Assembly: GCF_006345805.1 (NCBI RefSeq)
Contig: NC_043010.1
Location: 21,762,001-21,826,000 of the forward strand
Source of the DNA: Octopus sinensis
Lineage: Eukaryota
Direction of reading: 5' to 3'
Length of the DNA stretch: 64,000 nucleotides
Below, piece by piece: positions 37,960-51,010 of this stretch. The first letter of the stretch is position 1, and every line of letters starts with the position of its first letter. The position numbers and the translations under genes were made by a program. The notes under the pieces are model-generated. The model saw nothing but the letters and a program-made list of their open reading frames with translations. It did not search any database and was not told the DNA's origin.

Positions 37960-39100
37960 TAGTTGAATGAATTATCCTAGTATGGATAATTCGGTTAACC
38001 GATACTCGGGTAGCAAATTCACGTGAGAAAACACGGTTGAAGCTACATGCCAAGGGCAGAGATCACGTGCTTTCGTGTGTCTTCTTCTACATCGGGGCGA
38101 CTACTTCTAAATTATGCCAGAGGATTTCCAAACATTATTCAACTTTCCGAGATAAGAGAAAACAACAAAGCACAGGACTAAGTAAATTAGTTTGGCGTCT
38201 TAAGGACAGCAATATAACTTTCAAGCTGGAATGGTCCATATTGTCTGTATCCTTTCCGTTTTGATAAGGGCAGAAAATTTTGTGGCGCCTGTAATTCCGA
38301 GCTTTTCCATATACTTTTCGCCAAATTCCCTTGGTAAACACAATGGTACAAAAATCCTATAGGTACATGCACTGGCAGAAACACACCTTCCACTCATATG
38401 AATGATGATTAATATAGATAACCTCCTTCAATTTAATAATTTGGTTCCACTTCATCACACACATAAGAAAATTTTTATACTCCGTTTCATGAAGGACTAC
38501 TACCAAATTATTTGGGGTATGTTTTACCTTTGTTTCTCTACCTCTCCCCCTCTCTCTCTCCCTCTCTCTATCGTAAGCACAATCAAACACACAGATACAA
38601 ACCTGTACTTCACCACTAGTTGTATTTGGCATCTATCCCCCCACACACACAATCACGCACACACATACACACACATAGACACGAATGCATTTATATACAT
38701 ACACACACATAGGCACTCAATCTCATTGGCAAAAGCAAACAACAACACATCACAATACATACGACTTGCACCCTGTCACCTTCCTATTCTTAGAACTCTC
38801 CCCTTCCAACCTTTTTTGAACTCTTGAACTTTCTAGAATCTTCTCCATTTTTGACGTCACTGCTTATAACGGAATATTTTAAAGAAACACTCATTATCAC
38901 TATGGACTCCGTGTGGACAGTCATCTAAAAGTTTTTGTTCGTCATGATGCTGATATAAGTTCCTTGTCTTTCCTGATGAGAAGGCGGCATAATGCACCCC
39001 TTATTCCTTCGGAATTAGGAATATGCTGTCTTCGAAACATATGTCGAGAATAAAGGAATTTTGTTAAATCGTCGTTCGACTCCATTCTCTCATTTATATA
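37960..39100 (+). mobile_element. PLE 3' portion: GIY-YIG fragment, C/A-rich UTR and hammerhead-bearing tail
   Basis: FFYIGATTSKLCQRISKHYSTFRDKRKQQSTGLSKLVWRLKDSNITFKLEWSILS is a PLE GIY-YIG C-terminal signature. Tail ends in (TA)n. Confidence 0.75.
38961..39056 (+). ncRNA. hammerhead ribozyme, type I, canonical core, GUC triplet
   Basis: TTTC-CTGATGA(38973-79)-GAAGGCGGCATA..TATGCTGTCTTC (12 bp stem II)-GAAA-CATATG-T-C(39045)-GAGA. Stem III ACATATGT is a perfect palindrome. Confidence 0.85.
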
Positions 39101-39127
39101 TATATATCTTACGTACTAATACTCTCT

Positions 39128-39162
<35 letters not shown>

Positions 39163-39239
39163 ATACATACTAATACATACACCAACCCTATACATACACA
39201 TATCCAGACCCCTCCCACGCACTTTTAGCTGGTCCCTCA

Positions 39240-39780
39240 AACCTTTTATCAACCCTATTATCTCCCCTTATTTCGCTCTCGTGTCTCATGTTTGATCTTT
39301 GACCTCTGGCCGAAATCAGATCGCCATGTTGATTCGTTAGCTACTGCACGCATTTTTTTCTCTCCTTCTTTCTGTGTTTTTCTCTCTCTGTGTATCTTTC
39401 TGTTGAAGAGCGTAGGCTCGAAACGTTAAAGACTTGTTTTATTTATATTTCCTGAGCGCCATACTAATACAATTGTTCGTTGTTTTCCACCTGCCTTCGT
39501 CTTTTGTTTATTTTCATAAAGCTTCCCGTTATATATATATATATATATATCTATATATATATATATATATCTATATATATATATATATATAAATACATAT
39601 ATATATATACATATAATATATATACATTTTTCTCTCCTTGTTTTTTCTGTGTCCCTTTCTGTAGAAAAGCGTAGGCTCGAAACGTAAAATACTTTTTCTA
39701 TTCCTGAACGTTATACGAATACATCTGATTGTTTTGTACACCACCTGTCTTCGTCTTTTGTTTTTTTCGTAAACTCTCCC
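39240..39780 (+). mobile_element. two tandem PLE-type 3' tails (two subfamilies) with variant hammerhead-like motifs
   Basis: 39395-39432 TCTTT-CTGTTGA-A-GAGC-GTAG-GCTC-GAAA-CGT-T-AAAGA; 39655-39690 CTTT-CTGTAGA-A-AAGC-GTAG-GCTC-GAAA-CGT-A-AAA. Both tails end at (TA)n. Confidence 0.75.
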
Positions 39781-39821
39781 TATATATATATATATATGTA
39801 TATACACACACACACATATGT

Positions 39822-40920
39822 AATAAGTTATCCCATAAATAATGCGTTTTGTTATACTTCTTTCATTTTTCAATGTTAAGATAAACAAACTTCATTTTGA
39901 ATCTAAAATATACTCTCCTTCATTTTCTACAAGACTCTTCTGTCTATCTGGTAGATTTGCAAGGCCCCTCTTCAAAAAATCCACCTGTCTGTAATGAAAA
40001 ATACTCCTCCACCACTGTTCTGCCTCGTCTACAGAATTCATATTTTTTCCGTACTACGGAATAAATTATAATCTGATGTTGCAATATCCGACGAATATGG
40101 TGGGTGGGGCATCGGTTCCTATTCAAACTGCCCCAGGCTTTGGAATGTCATCCTGAATGTATTCGGCCGAGCATTATCCTGATGGAAGATAACCTTTCGT
40201 CTTGAAACCAAAGATGGTCGATTTCCTTCTGGCGCTGACTTAAGCCACTCAAGCTGCTCGTAGTAGATCCCCTTTGTTATCATTTGGTTTAGGTTTAAAA
40301 GTTCAAAGTTGAGTAAACTTTTCATATCCCACCACACAGATAACAACAACTTACATGTGTGAAGAACTTCTTTGGCCAGGGGTACCGGTGTTTCTCCTTT
40401 CCCTACCCACTATCTTCGGCACTTGAGATTTTTGTAGAGAATCCATTTCTTATCACCAGTCACTATTCAGTCTAGAAAAGGTTTATTTGTGAGACATTAC
40501 AGCAAAGAAGTGCACACATTCACTCTCTGCGCGCGAGTGGATACAGAAAGTTTGTGAGGAACCCATTGACCAAATGTGCTGAGTTTTCCGACGTCACGCA
40601 GGCGTCGATGAATGGTTGACTGACCAACTCCAAGCTTCTCTGCTAGTTCTTCAACAGTTATGATGGGATTTTGTTCCAGCAGATTTTGCAGGACGTCCTC
40701 GTCAATCACTACAGATCTTCCAGGACAAGACTCGTGTTCTACACTGTAGTTTCCGGCTCGGAATTTCTGGAACCACCATTGACTCTAGCTTAGGCTTATT
40801 GTCTGATCCCTATATACTGCATTAATATTCCTCGTACTTTCAAATAAGGTATCGCCTTTATTGGACTCGTAAAGCAAAATATACCGAATATATTCCTTTG
40901 TCACTTCCATTATAGCTTTG
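39822..40920 (-). mobile_element. decayed near-full-length mariner
   Basis: MEVTKEYIRYILLYE, GQWVPHKLS, IVTGDKKW-like, LSVWWD...IFHQDNARP and HPPYSSDIATSDYNLF fragments. TIR-like AAGTTATCCCATAAATAATGCG at the left end. Confidence 0.85.
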
Positions 40921-40923
40921 AAA

Positions 40924-41003
<80 letters not shown>

Positions 41004-41126
41004 GTATACACACACACACACACATATATATATATATGTGTGTGTGTACATATATACATACATATATATATATATATTATATATACATGCATATATATAC
41101 ATATATATAAGTGCACACACACACAC

Positions 41127-41186
<60 letters not shown>

Positions 41187-41728
41187 CTTAGCATACATAT
41201 GCGTTTCTCTATTTTTATATATGCGTATCCATACGTGTACACATATGATTACGTGTGCTTCAACCCAAAATAAGAAGGAAAGTAATAAATTTCTGAAAGA
41301 AAAAACAAAACAAAAAACAGTAGGATCTTGCAGCTAATATTAATCTATGATTTCATTTCATTTACTATCTACAATATATCCCCTGGAATTGAAATAACAT
41401 TAAAAGACTACAACGGTATGTCAAGGATATTTCAACGATGTCAGTTTAGTACATTTGTGATCCATTAGGAAAAACATATTGATTTTAGGTGAAAATTTTG
41501 TTTATGCTAACTGCAAGCCTATCGTTTGAGTACGACAGTGTAGCGTGTTGAGTTTGGGTTTATTGAGTACATCCAATACTACGTACGAGTTATTGTGCAT
41601 GCGTTCAGGTAGAGTGTTTATCCTCTCCATCTAAATTAATTGTTGAAAGTGTATCCACTGGAGTTGATTATACAAGTTTTCAAACAATTATATTCGATCT
41701 CTCTCCCTCTCTCCCTCTCTCCCTCTCC

Positions 41729-41782
<54 letters not shown>

Positions 41783-41999
41783 ATGCAGGTTTTCACTTTG
41801 TTCCCTTAGTTTGTTAGTTTTTCTTCTTTAAGGCATAAATTATGTTCACATTTTAAAAGAAAAACATGCTTTCCTAGGCTTCTAAAAATAACTGCCACCC
41901 ATGGATTAAGTTGAATCAGTTATTCCTCATAATCGCCGTAATCATCATCGTCATCTTATATATATATTGACAATATTAAAAATGAGGATTACTCCGAAG

Positions 42000-42800
42000 T
42001 AGCAACAGCATTACCTTTAATTCTATAATTATGCTGTGCCTTTTTATGACCAACACATGTTTCAGTTGCACTGATTTATATTTGACAAATGTATATTTCC
42101 TCATGTGCAAGTTTCTCAATACTTGCTTCAGTCTGAATTTATTATATTACACTTAGATTTGAAAATCCTGTAAAATTTTTCTCAACATAGAACTCTATTA
42201 GTTCCCAGTCTGTATGGTTTTGCAGTACAAAATAATTCCAATTTAATCGTGTAGTCCTTGTAAATTTTTTAGGTTACAATAATTTTTCACATAACAGAAT
42301 TCCCGTTTAGAACAATTGCAAAGATAATCTTTTATATTTCCGTCGGATTTAGTCTCAGTTTGATCATTGATTGTAGAATTAAATTCAGTTCCACCAAGTT
42401 CTCTATTACTATTTATTCCTTTAGATAATGTTATCGTTCTTATATTTCTAGCAGAACTTTTATTCAATTTGACGTTAATATGCCTTGAATTTATTATTTA
42501 TTCTGATTGTAATCGCTTGTTTGAAATTTCGATATTATATTAATATTATGTGTTGCTATAATTTGTGCAATATTACATCTAAGATAACACAATCTAATCT
42601 TATGTCGCTCCTTGGAAAGCATTTTTGAATTGCCATATTAAACAGTTTGGAAAAATTGTAATTGACCTGTTCAACAAATGTAACAATTAACCATAATGTA
42701 TTTTTCGAGTTAAGATCATAATTTTGATGTTTATACCCATTTTTCGAAGGAGGAAGTAGTCTATGATTACGATCCACTTTAAAGTTAGCGTTTATTTTAC
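42000..42800 (-). mobile_element. decayed PLE (RT C-terminus to endonuclease region)
   Basis: RLLPPSKNGYKH...TFVEQVNYNFSKLF, TITLSKG, CNC and WELIE motifs resemble a PLE linker and GIY-YIG; heavily degraded. Confidence 0.5.
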
Positions 42801-43069
42801 TTTTATTTTTATCTTTGAATCTTTTAACCGATTTTATATTAAAAGAATCTGAGAGTTTATTAGAGAATCAACAATGTTACGATTTTTCCTTTTGTTACAA
42901 ATATAATTATTCACCTTCTTATTCTCACTATTAAAATCACCTTCTCCTGTTATTTTATCAACTTGTATATTTGATTTTAAATCTCAATTACTATATATAT
43001 AAGACTACAACGGTATGTCAAGGATATTACTATATATATAAGCAGTTTCGTCTATAGTACTAGATTTTA

Positions 43070-43800
43070 GGTCTGCAATATGAAAATTACTATATTTACT
43101 ATTTTTATTGGGGACAGACAAGTGTAGCACTAACTATATAGGAGAGAAAATTATGGCACCTAGACAGAAAACCGCACTATATAAGGAAGATATCCGTTTA
43201 CCACAGTACAGATAGATTTCTTTGAGTGAATACATAGAGAGATATGCAGATAATATCTAAACAAACTTCACAGTTTTCCCCATCTACCAAAACAAAGAAA
43301 CGATTTCTGTAGAAGAACGTTTAAATAAAGAAAATTTATTTATCAAAAAATACAGAACACTCCTAAATATGAACGAATAACCAACTATATATACTGGTCT
43401 TAGTATATATTTTAATTCATGTTTACATACATATCACTGTAAATATTTCTTCTTGCTACTTTAGCTTTTGAGATTTTGCATATTTAATTAACCCTCCCTC
43501 CAAAATGAGTAATTACCTCGCCTGTCGCGAATAAAAACGATCACCAATTGCCTCCTCTTAGATTTTTCTACCTATTCACTTATTTCATTTACAAACCCCT
43601 ATAGACAATACAGACTAAACTTTTCTTAAGAAAATATGAAAGTACAATAATTTCAATGTCATGATACTCTAAAGTGAAACCGGTTGACAAACACAATACA
43701 CTTTCACTTATAAAATATATTCTAAAATGTATTAAAACTATGTAAACGTTGTACGTTTTTCTTCTTTTATTATTAATGTATATTGCATAACAACTCACCA
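43070..43800 (+). mobile_element. PLE GIY-YIG C-terminus and 3' tail with a decayed hammerhead remnant
   Basis: YWGQTS and ERLNKENLFIKKYRTLLN* parallel ETLFITKYRPLLN of the 51 kb PLE. Remnant TGTC-ATGAT-ACT CTAA AGT-GAAA-CCGG-T-T-GACA at 43657-43689. Confidence 0.65.
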
Positions 43801-43864
43801 CGTGGGAATAATCGAAATTCTCCGCTTCCCTTTTTCTTTCTTTCTATCTATCTATATATCTTTC

Positions 43865-43915
<51 letters not shown>

Positions 43916-43942
43916 ATACACACAATATCTATATACATACAT

Positions 43943-44013
<71 letters not shown>

Positions 44014-44218
44014 ATTATATATATATATATATAAAGGTACGATCCAGGGGTCGAGGGGTGTAGGAATGTGAGCTTCAAGAGAGGCAGAAATCGCCCGAAA
44101 CCAGGACTGCTCTGCTGGTTCCGTCACTAGAAGTTGGTAGGACTTCGCTCTCCTGATCGCAATTTCTTGGAAGAAGCTAGAGGAGATGTCTTCTTGGGGC
44201 TAAACAATATATATACAC

Positions 44219-44368
44219 GACGGTCTTCTCTCAGTTTCCGTCTACCAAATACTCTCAAGTCTTTGGTCAACTCGAGGCTATAGTAGAAGACACTCGCCCA
44301 AGGTGCCACGCAGTAGGACTGAACCCAAAACCAAGTTGTTGAGAACAAATTTCTTACCACACAGCCAC
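44219..44368 (-). mobile_element. SINE family A, 5' half
   Basis: CAGTTTCCGTCTACCAAAT...CCCAAGGTGCCACGCAGT.GGACTGAACCC...TTACCACACAGCCAC. Confidence 0.8.
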
Positions 44369-45274
44369 GCTTTCATCCATGTTCACTCGTATTATCTTGG
44401 CAAATTTCAATTTTTTTTACCTATTCTATTCTTTTATACCTAGCTATTTTCGCTTTCGTGTAATTAAATTCAACTGTCTTTTGTTTTTTTATTATTTCTC
44501 GTTATAGTTATAAAGACAAGCAGTTGGTTATTTTTGTCTTATATAAATCGGCCTACTTTGATTAGCTTCTACAATTTTTTCCGGATTAACTATTAACTTT
44601 GTAAATTTTCTTTTCGTAATACTAATTCCAGCGTCTAATTTTCATTTAATAGTTTGTGGTTTACATGATTGCGTTATTTTTTAATCACAGAGTTACTATT
44701 TACAGGATACTTGTAATTAGTGAAAAGGTGGAACAAAATATGCGAGTGGAGCTAGAGAGTGGTAAAAGAGAAATGCTTAAAAAGAGATTCCAGAAAACTT
44801 ATATTATTATAGTCGAAGGCGTTGGACTGTGCTGAGAAATTTGTTTGCCAACTCCGGGTTCACTTTCTTTGTTTGGCCCCTAGGCGGCCAAGGTTTTTTG
44901 AATAAGTTAGGTAGGCGGAAACTGAAAGAAGCCGATCATATATGTATATATATATATATATTTGTAACAAAGAAGTTTGAAAACGCCACTATATAAGATT
45001 AATTTTAATTTTCCTAGAAATTTAACATATTTCGGTTCTTCTTAAAAAAACGAACCTTATCAAAAATATTTTTAAAATATTTTGTAATAAAGAAGTTCAT
45101 AATTGTTTCTTACTAATCTCAACAGAGTTCACGTGGTGGAGTTTTGTGGTGGGGGATAGCATAATGGCTGTTTTGTGTGTTGACTAAATTCGTTGGCTGT
45201 AATTGGGGAAATGACCAGCGGCCGAAATAGCAGTAGTAGTAGTGATTGTTGGTCGTAGTAGTAGTATATACATG

Positions 45275-45351
<77 letters not shown>

Positions 45352-45366
45352 TATATATTATATTAT

Positions 45367-45454
<88 letters not shown>

Positions 45455-45460
45455 GATGAA

Positions 45461-45957
45461 AGAAGATAATGGAGGAAAAGTAACAGGAAGAGGTTGGTCG
45501 TTTGCGCTAGTAAGCCATTAATTTAATTAATTAATAAAGAAATGTGGTAGTAATAGTACATTTACGATCGTTTCTGTTTACCAGTTGTGGTGGTAGACAT
45601 CATCAGAATTTAGAGTCATATGTAGAGATAAGAAGAGTGAAAGAATAGGAATACATTGCTTACGAGAATAAAGAATGGTGAGTCTTACATTAATCTAGAT
45701 TACTTACTTGATCATTGTGCTGCGAAGAAATCTACTATAATGTAAGACTCACTGATCTTGGTCTTTATTCTCGTTACCAATGTATCCCTATGCCTTTTGC
45801 TCTTCTTACCTCTACATTGGACTCTGCATTCTGACGATGTCTACAACTACGTCGTAAATGTCCGATTGCTACAACTATCTTTTATTAACTAAATTTATGG
45901 CTTACTAACACAAACGACCAACTTCTTCCTGTTATTTTTCCTCCATTTTCTTCTTCC
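45461..45957. repeat. ~500 bp imperfect palindrome of inverted PLE-type tails
   Basis: Arms ~45461-45695 and ~45738-45957, e.g. GGAAGAGGTTGGTCGTTTG / CAAACGACCAACTTCTTCC and GTGAGTCTTACATTA / TAATGTAAGACTCAC. Confidence 0.85.
45558..45610 (-). ncRNA. hammerhead ribozyme-like motif, type I
   Basis: ATT-CTGATGA-TGTCTACCA..TGGTAAACA (8/9 bp)-GAAA-CGATCG-T-A-AAT. Stem III ACGATCGT is a perfect palindrome; GUA triplet. Confidence 0.75.
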
Positions 45958-45992
45958 ATATAATTTAAACTACGGTTTACCTGCTGAATTAC

Positions 45993-46080
<88 letters not shown>

Positions 46081-46104
46081 CTCTCTCTCTCTCTCTCTCT
46101 CTTC

Positions 46105-46138
<34 letters not shown>

Positions 46139-46827
46139 TTCTTTTATTCTTTCCTTCTTTCTATCAGCCCGTTTACACTTACTTCGTTCTTCCCACTCCT
46201 CTTTTTTTCGATCCCCCTCTCTCACATTTCCTGTCTTTCTCTTCATTCTCACCTGCCCTCCACTTTCACTTCACTCTGTCCCTTTTATTTTTCCTCGCCC
46301 CTCCCTAAATCTTCTATCCCTCTGCCTCTACTTCTTTCTCATCTCTCTCCGCGTGACCCTAGTTCGACCAAGCCTGACCCTTTTTTGGGGTTCGACTACC
46401 AACCCTTATGTCCCTGCCGTAAGGCTTCTCTTCCACACACACCAGCTGAATTGAATTCATCTTTAGTCGAAAGACACCTGTTGTTAATGTTAATGTCCTT
46501 TATTTGCATTTGTATTTGTGTACCATTTCTCCATTTTTTTCCGTCCTTGTATTCGTATACATTCGATGCTTTCTTCCAAGGAATCTATTGCTCTTAGCTT
46601 AATTTTTCCTTGGGGCTGGCCAGAATGGAGGAATCTCGAGTATAACCAGCCGAAATTGCAAAAATAATCTGGAACTCGACTGAAGAAAGAAAACTCCGAC
46701 CGTCCTTGTATTTTTGTATCGTCTGTCTGGATGTTTCGTTGTCCCATTTTGTATCCTTTAACTGTCTGGATATTTTGCGTTCTTGTCTCATTTTTCGTAT
46801 TCCTTTATATATATATATGTGTGTGTA

Positions 46828-47678
46828 GCAATAAAAAAATGGAAGGGATCAAGAGGTGGTATTCATCAACTTTTAGACATTATATTATGTTTATTCATTT
46901 ATTTAAAAAAACAATTATGCAGTTCTACATTATATATTTTAATAATTACTTGAATTTTATATATGTAAAGCATAATATGTTATACACAAACCCCACCTCT
47001 GCCCCAACCCTCTGACTACCCACATACCCCAACTCTACCCCAAACCTCAGTCGAACTCACACCCCACCCGTGCTTTCCCCACTCTCGCCTCCCCATCTCC
47101 CCAAAACATCACACCACACCTCACTACACCATACAACCTTACACTTCACATCACAATATACCACCCACACACCAGCACTGACCAATTCCCATCCCCACAT
47201 TTTCACACCTACACATACATACACGCACACGTCCAGACCACCAGCCCTTTTTCACACGCACATACCTACTCTCTTATACACACACGCATCTTCATGTTGA
47301 GAGTCATCTTTACTTTGTTATCTCCCCTACTTCTTCGCTCTCCGGTGTGACCCTTCTCTCCGGTAGTCGCCATGATAGATCGGTAGTCACTGCACACATT
47401 TTTGTTCTCTCCTTGTTTCTCTATTTGTTTTTTCTGTGTCCCTTTTTGTAGAAAAGTGTAGGCTCGACACGTAAAAGACTCTTTCAATTCCTGAGCGTTA
47501 TACTAATACATCTGTTTGCTTTGTACACACCTGTCTTCATCTTTTGTTTTTTTCGTAAGCTCTCTCTCTATACATCTATGTATATTGTTATAATTGTAAT
47601 TTTTTAAAATAAAAGAATAGATATAATTTTCAAAAATTGATGAATACCACCTCTTGACCCCCTCTGTTTATTTATTGC
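46828..47678. mobile_element. ~110 bp inverted repeats enclosing a PLE 3' tail (46990-47570)
   Basis: GCAATAAA...TCAAGAGGTGGTATTCATCAA at left is mirrored by TTGATGAATACCACCTCTTGA...TTTATTGC at right. The inner tail matches 39625-39780. Confidence 0.65.
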
Positions 47679-47809
47679 AATTTATTACATACAGTAATGT
47701 AACTGCCACGCAATAAAAAAAAAACACTTATGTATTAATATTTGGGTATTCTACCAGAAGTATATTTGATAGATATTATACCTTAGTTGATTGGATTTAC
47801 AACCTCTAA

Positions 47810-48010
47810 CCCTCTAGGAATTATATATATACAACCCAAACAGCCCAACCTCCCAGCCTGGCTCGTTCCCCTGCTCCTGCCCACACTGCCGCACTTGCCC
47901 TTACCTCTCAACACCACCCTCTTCACCGGCACCCATCATCGACCCTATCACATCACCGACTCCTTCACCTGCACGTCTACCAATGTCATCTACTGCATCC
48001 CCTTCCAAGC
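47810..48010 (+). mobile_element. PLE linker/GIY-YIG N-terminal fragment
   Basis: TLFTGTHHRPYHITDSFTCTSTNVIYCI, comparable to FTCASENLIYTLTC in the 51 kb PLE. Confidence 0.65.
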
Positions 48011-48199
48011 ACTGCTATAAACAGCGAAAGAGAGCTAGAACGTTAAAAGCTAGTACGCATGCACAAAGGAGGTTAAGTTCAATCGTTGACGTGCGACTTT
48101 ACATGCTTTAGCCTCGTTACTATACCAACAGTCCGAATACTTTTTGATCTGACCACTTAAAAATGTATAAGAAAGATGGGACGTTTGCTATCTTTTCGA

Positions 48200-48460
48200 A
48201 GTTACCATAGAACCAGGGCGTTTTGTTTTTCATCTGCACAATGTCTCCAATATCAAGCAGTTTGGTATGCTGTCAAAAACATTTCGGTAATCTACGTTTA
48301 AAATCTTCAGATGTTTCTCTTTCATATGCCTCTCTTCATTCAATACTTCCTTTCTCCCTAAAACAATAACCGATCTACACACCAAAATATCGCTTTTACC
48401 ATAACATTTCTGCCATATCGATAGGATGCCATTACATTCAATTGAACAAGCAGCCATTTA
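48200..48460 (-). mobile_element. decayed RLE-type LINE RT fragment
   Basis: NVDYRNVFDSIPNCLILETL parallels AWIDY..FDSIPH..ILETL at ~3750. Confidence 0.6.
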
Positions 48461-48892
48461 GAACAACACATATTTCTATGTATTGTTGTAAATGGATTGT
48501 TGGTTTCCGGTTTCGAAAGTTCTCATATTTGGGGTTTGGGGAATGCTTAGTAAGAACATGGATCATGATTCTGATCGCGGATGTAATTCCTTGAATGTTT
48601 TCGCTAAACTTTCCTATAATAATGGAGGAATTATTCTAACTAGAAACATGAGATATTATCAATTCCTTTAACCATTTCATAGCGAAATCTCTTGGCCACA
48701 GATATTTGTAAAACATCAGTCGAGAAATCGACTGATGGTCTGGCGTGAAATCGATTTAAACATACACATACATACATACATAGATACACACATACATACA
48801 TGCATGCATACATACATGAATACATGAGTACATACATGCATATATACATAAAAACATACATACATACAAATACATATATACATACATATATA

Positions 48893-49100
48893 TATAACGG
48901 GAAGCTTTATGAAAATAAACAAAAGACGAAGGCAGGTGGAAAACAAACGAACAATTGTATAAGTATGGCGCTCAGGAAATATAAATAAAACAAGTCTTTA
49001 ACGTTTCGAGCCTACGCTCTTCAACAGAAAGATACACAGAGAGAGAAAAACACAGAAAGAAGGAGAGAAAAAAAATGCGTGCAGTAGCTAACGAATCAAC
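48893..49100 (-). mobile_element. PLE-type 3' tail with intact A6U hammerhead-like motif (48995-49032)
   Basis: Near-identical to 32492-32700 and the reverse complement of 39330-39530. Confidence 0.85.
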
Positions 49101-49330
49101 ACACACACAGACACACATACGCACACAACCACCAATACGCACAACCATCAACACACACGCATACATATACACATATATGTATGTATACATATATGTGTGC
49201 ATGTATATAAGTATTTATATATAGATAGATATATAGATTGATATATAGATAAATAGATAGATAAATAGAAAGATAGATAGATAGACATATTGATAGATAG
49301 ATAGATAGATATACATATTAAATTTTAATG

Positions 49331-49387
<57 letters not shown>

Positions 49388-49664
49388 TTATGTATGCTTG
49401 TATATGGCTGCATGTGGAGGCATTTGTGTGTATACATTGATGCAAATATATACCACATGTACTACATAAAGCAATAAAAGTCGAGCAGCTGTTAAGAAAG
49501 CGAAATTCATATGTTAGATTAATTAGCGTTGTCTTCAATAAATTATTCTTATCAAATAAGGTTATTACATGCGTAAAAGTTGGCAGCAGTTTTGTTTGAT
49601 CGGTCATATTGATGATGATGATGATGAGGAGGAGGAGGAGGAGGAGGATGCCGACGATGATGGC

Positions 49665-49726
<62 letters not shown>

Positions 49727-50155
49727 GGATGATGATGATGACGATGTTATAAGAGTTTGCATTTCCTGACAATCATTGCAGATAGCAAGGTGTCCCAAAG
49801 TTACGAGTGTATAATCGGGCGCCAGATTATGTTTGCCTGAATTTCATGAAAGCAGAAAATGCCGCATTTAAAGGGTTAGGAGAATATCCGTGCGTAATTA
49901 ATTCTCTTCCCTCCTACTTTAATTCTCTTTTCTGTTCTCACACTTTCTGTCTCTTCACTATTTTAAAATCTGTCATATTTATTTCAGCAGCAATCACAGC
50001 ATGGTCCATTGTTGTCAGAGACTGGCGCGTCAGAGGAGAAGCAATTAATTTGAGTAAAGTTCCTCGCTGTGTGTTCATCAGTATACTACGCAGCGCAGCC
50101 GAATCTGATAGGTAGATGGGTAGATGTATGGACAGATAGACAAAGAGACAGGCAT

Positions 50156-50218
<63 letters not shown>

Positions 50219-50310
50219 GTAGGTAGGTAGATAGATAAACAATGGATAGATAAACAATGGATAGATACCTACACACATACACAAACACACGCACATATAT
50301 ATGTAGATGA

Positions 50311-50408
<98 letters not shown>

Positions 50409-50439
50409 GGATGGAAGGATGAATGTATATATATATATA

Positions 50440-50972
50440 TACTAAAATAATTTTATAAAGAACATTTCAGTACCGGTTTCGGGTCATTTCAGACCTTTTC
50501 AACTGTAACAATTAAACAATCAAATTTAGAAAAATTAAAAGCAAAGTTTTGTTAAAAGAATATTTGTATAGTGTTCAAATGTAAGTGGCATTTTCCTTGT
50601 TTCTGCCTTTCTCTGTCTCTCTTGTTTACTCTTGTGGGTTCAAGGTCCATGGGAATTCTTGGTAGGGACGAAGAAGAATAAGGAAGAGGAGGAGGGGGGA
50701 GAAGGGGAGGAGGAATTTGGGATTGCCTTGATTGTCGTTGGTCAGTGGTTGCTAGCAGTTCCTGCTGTTCAATTCATGAAAATATTTCTATTGAAAGGTT
50801 TGTTTATAGAAAATGCGTAGGTGTTATACTAAAAAGCATTAGTGATAAAGTTAGGAAGAAGAGGGGGGAGAAGAAGAAAAAGAAGATGAAGATGATAATG
50901 ACGATGACGATGATGATAATGATGATGATGATGATGAAGAAGGGGAAGAAGAAGAAGATGAAAATGACGATA

Positions 50973-51010
<38 letters not shown>

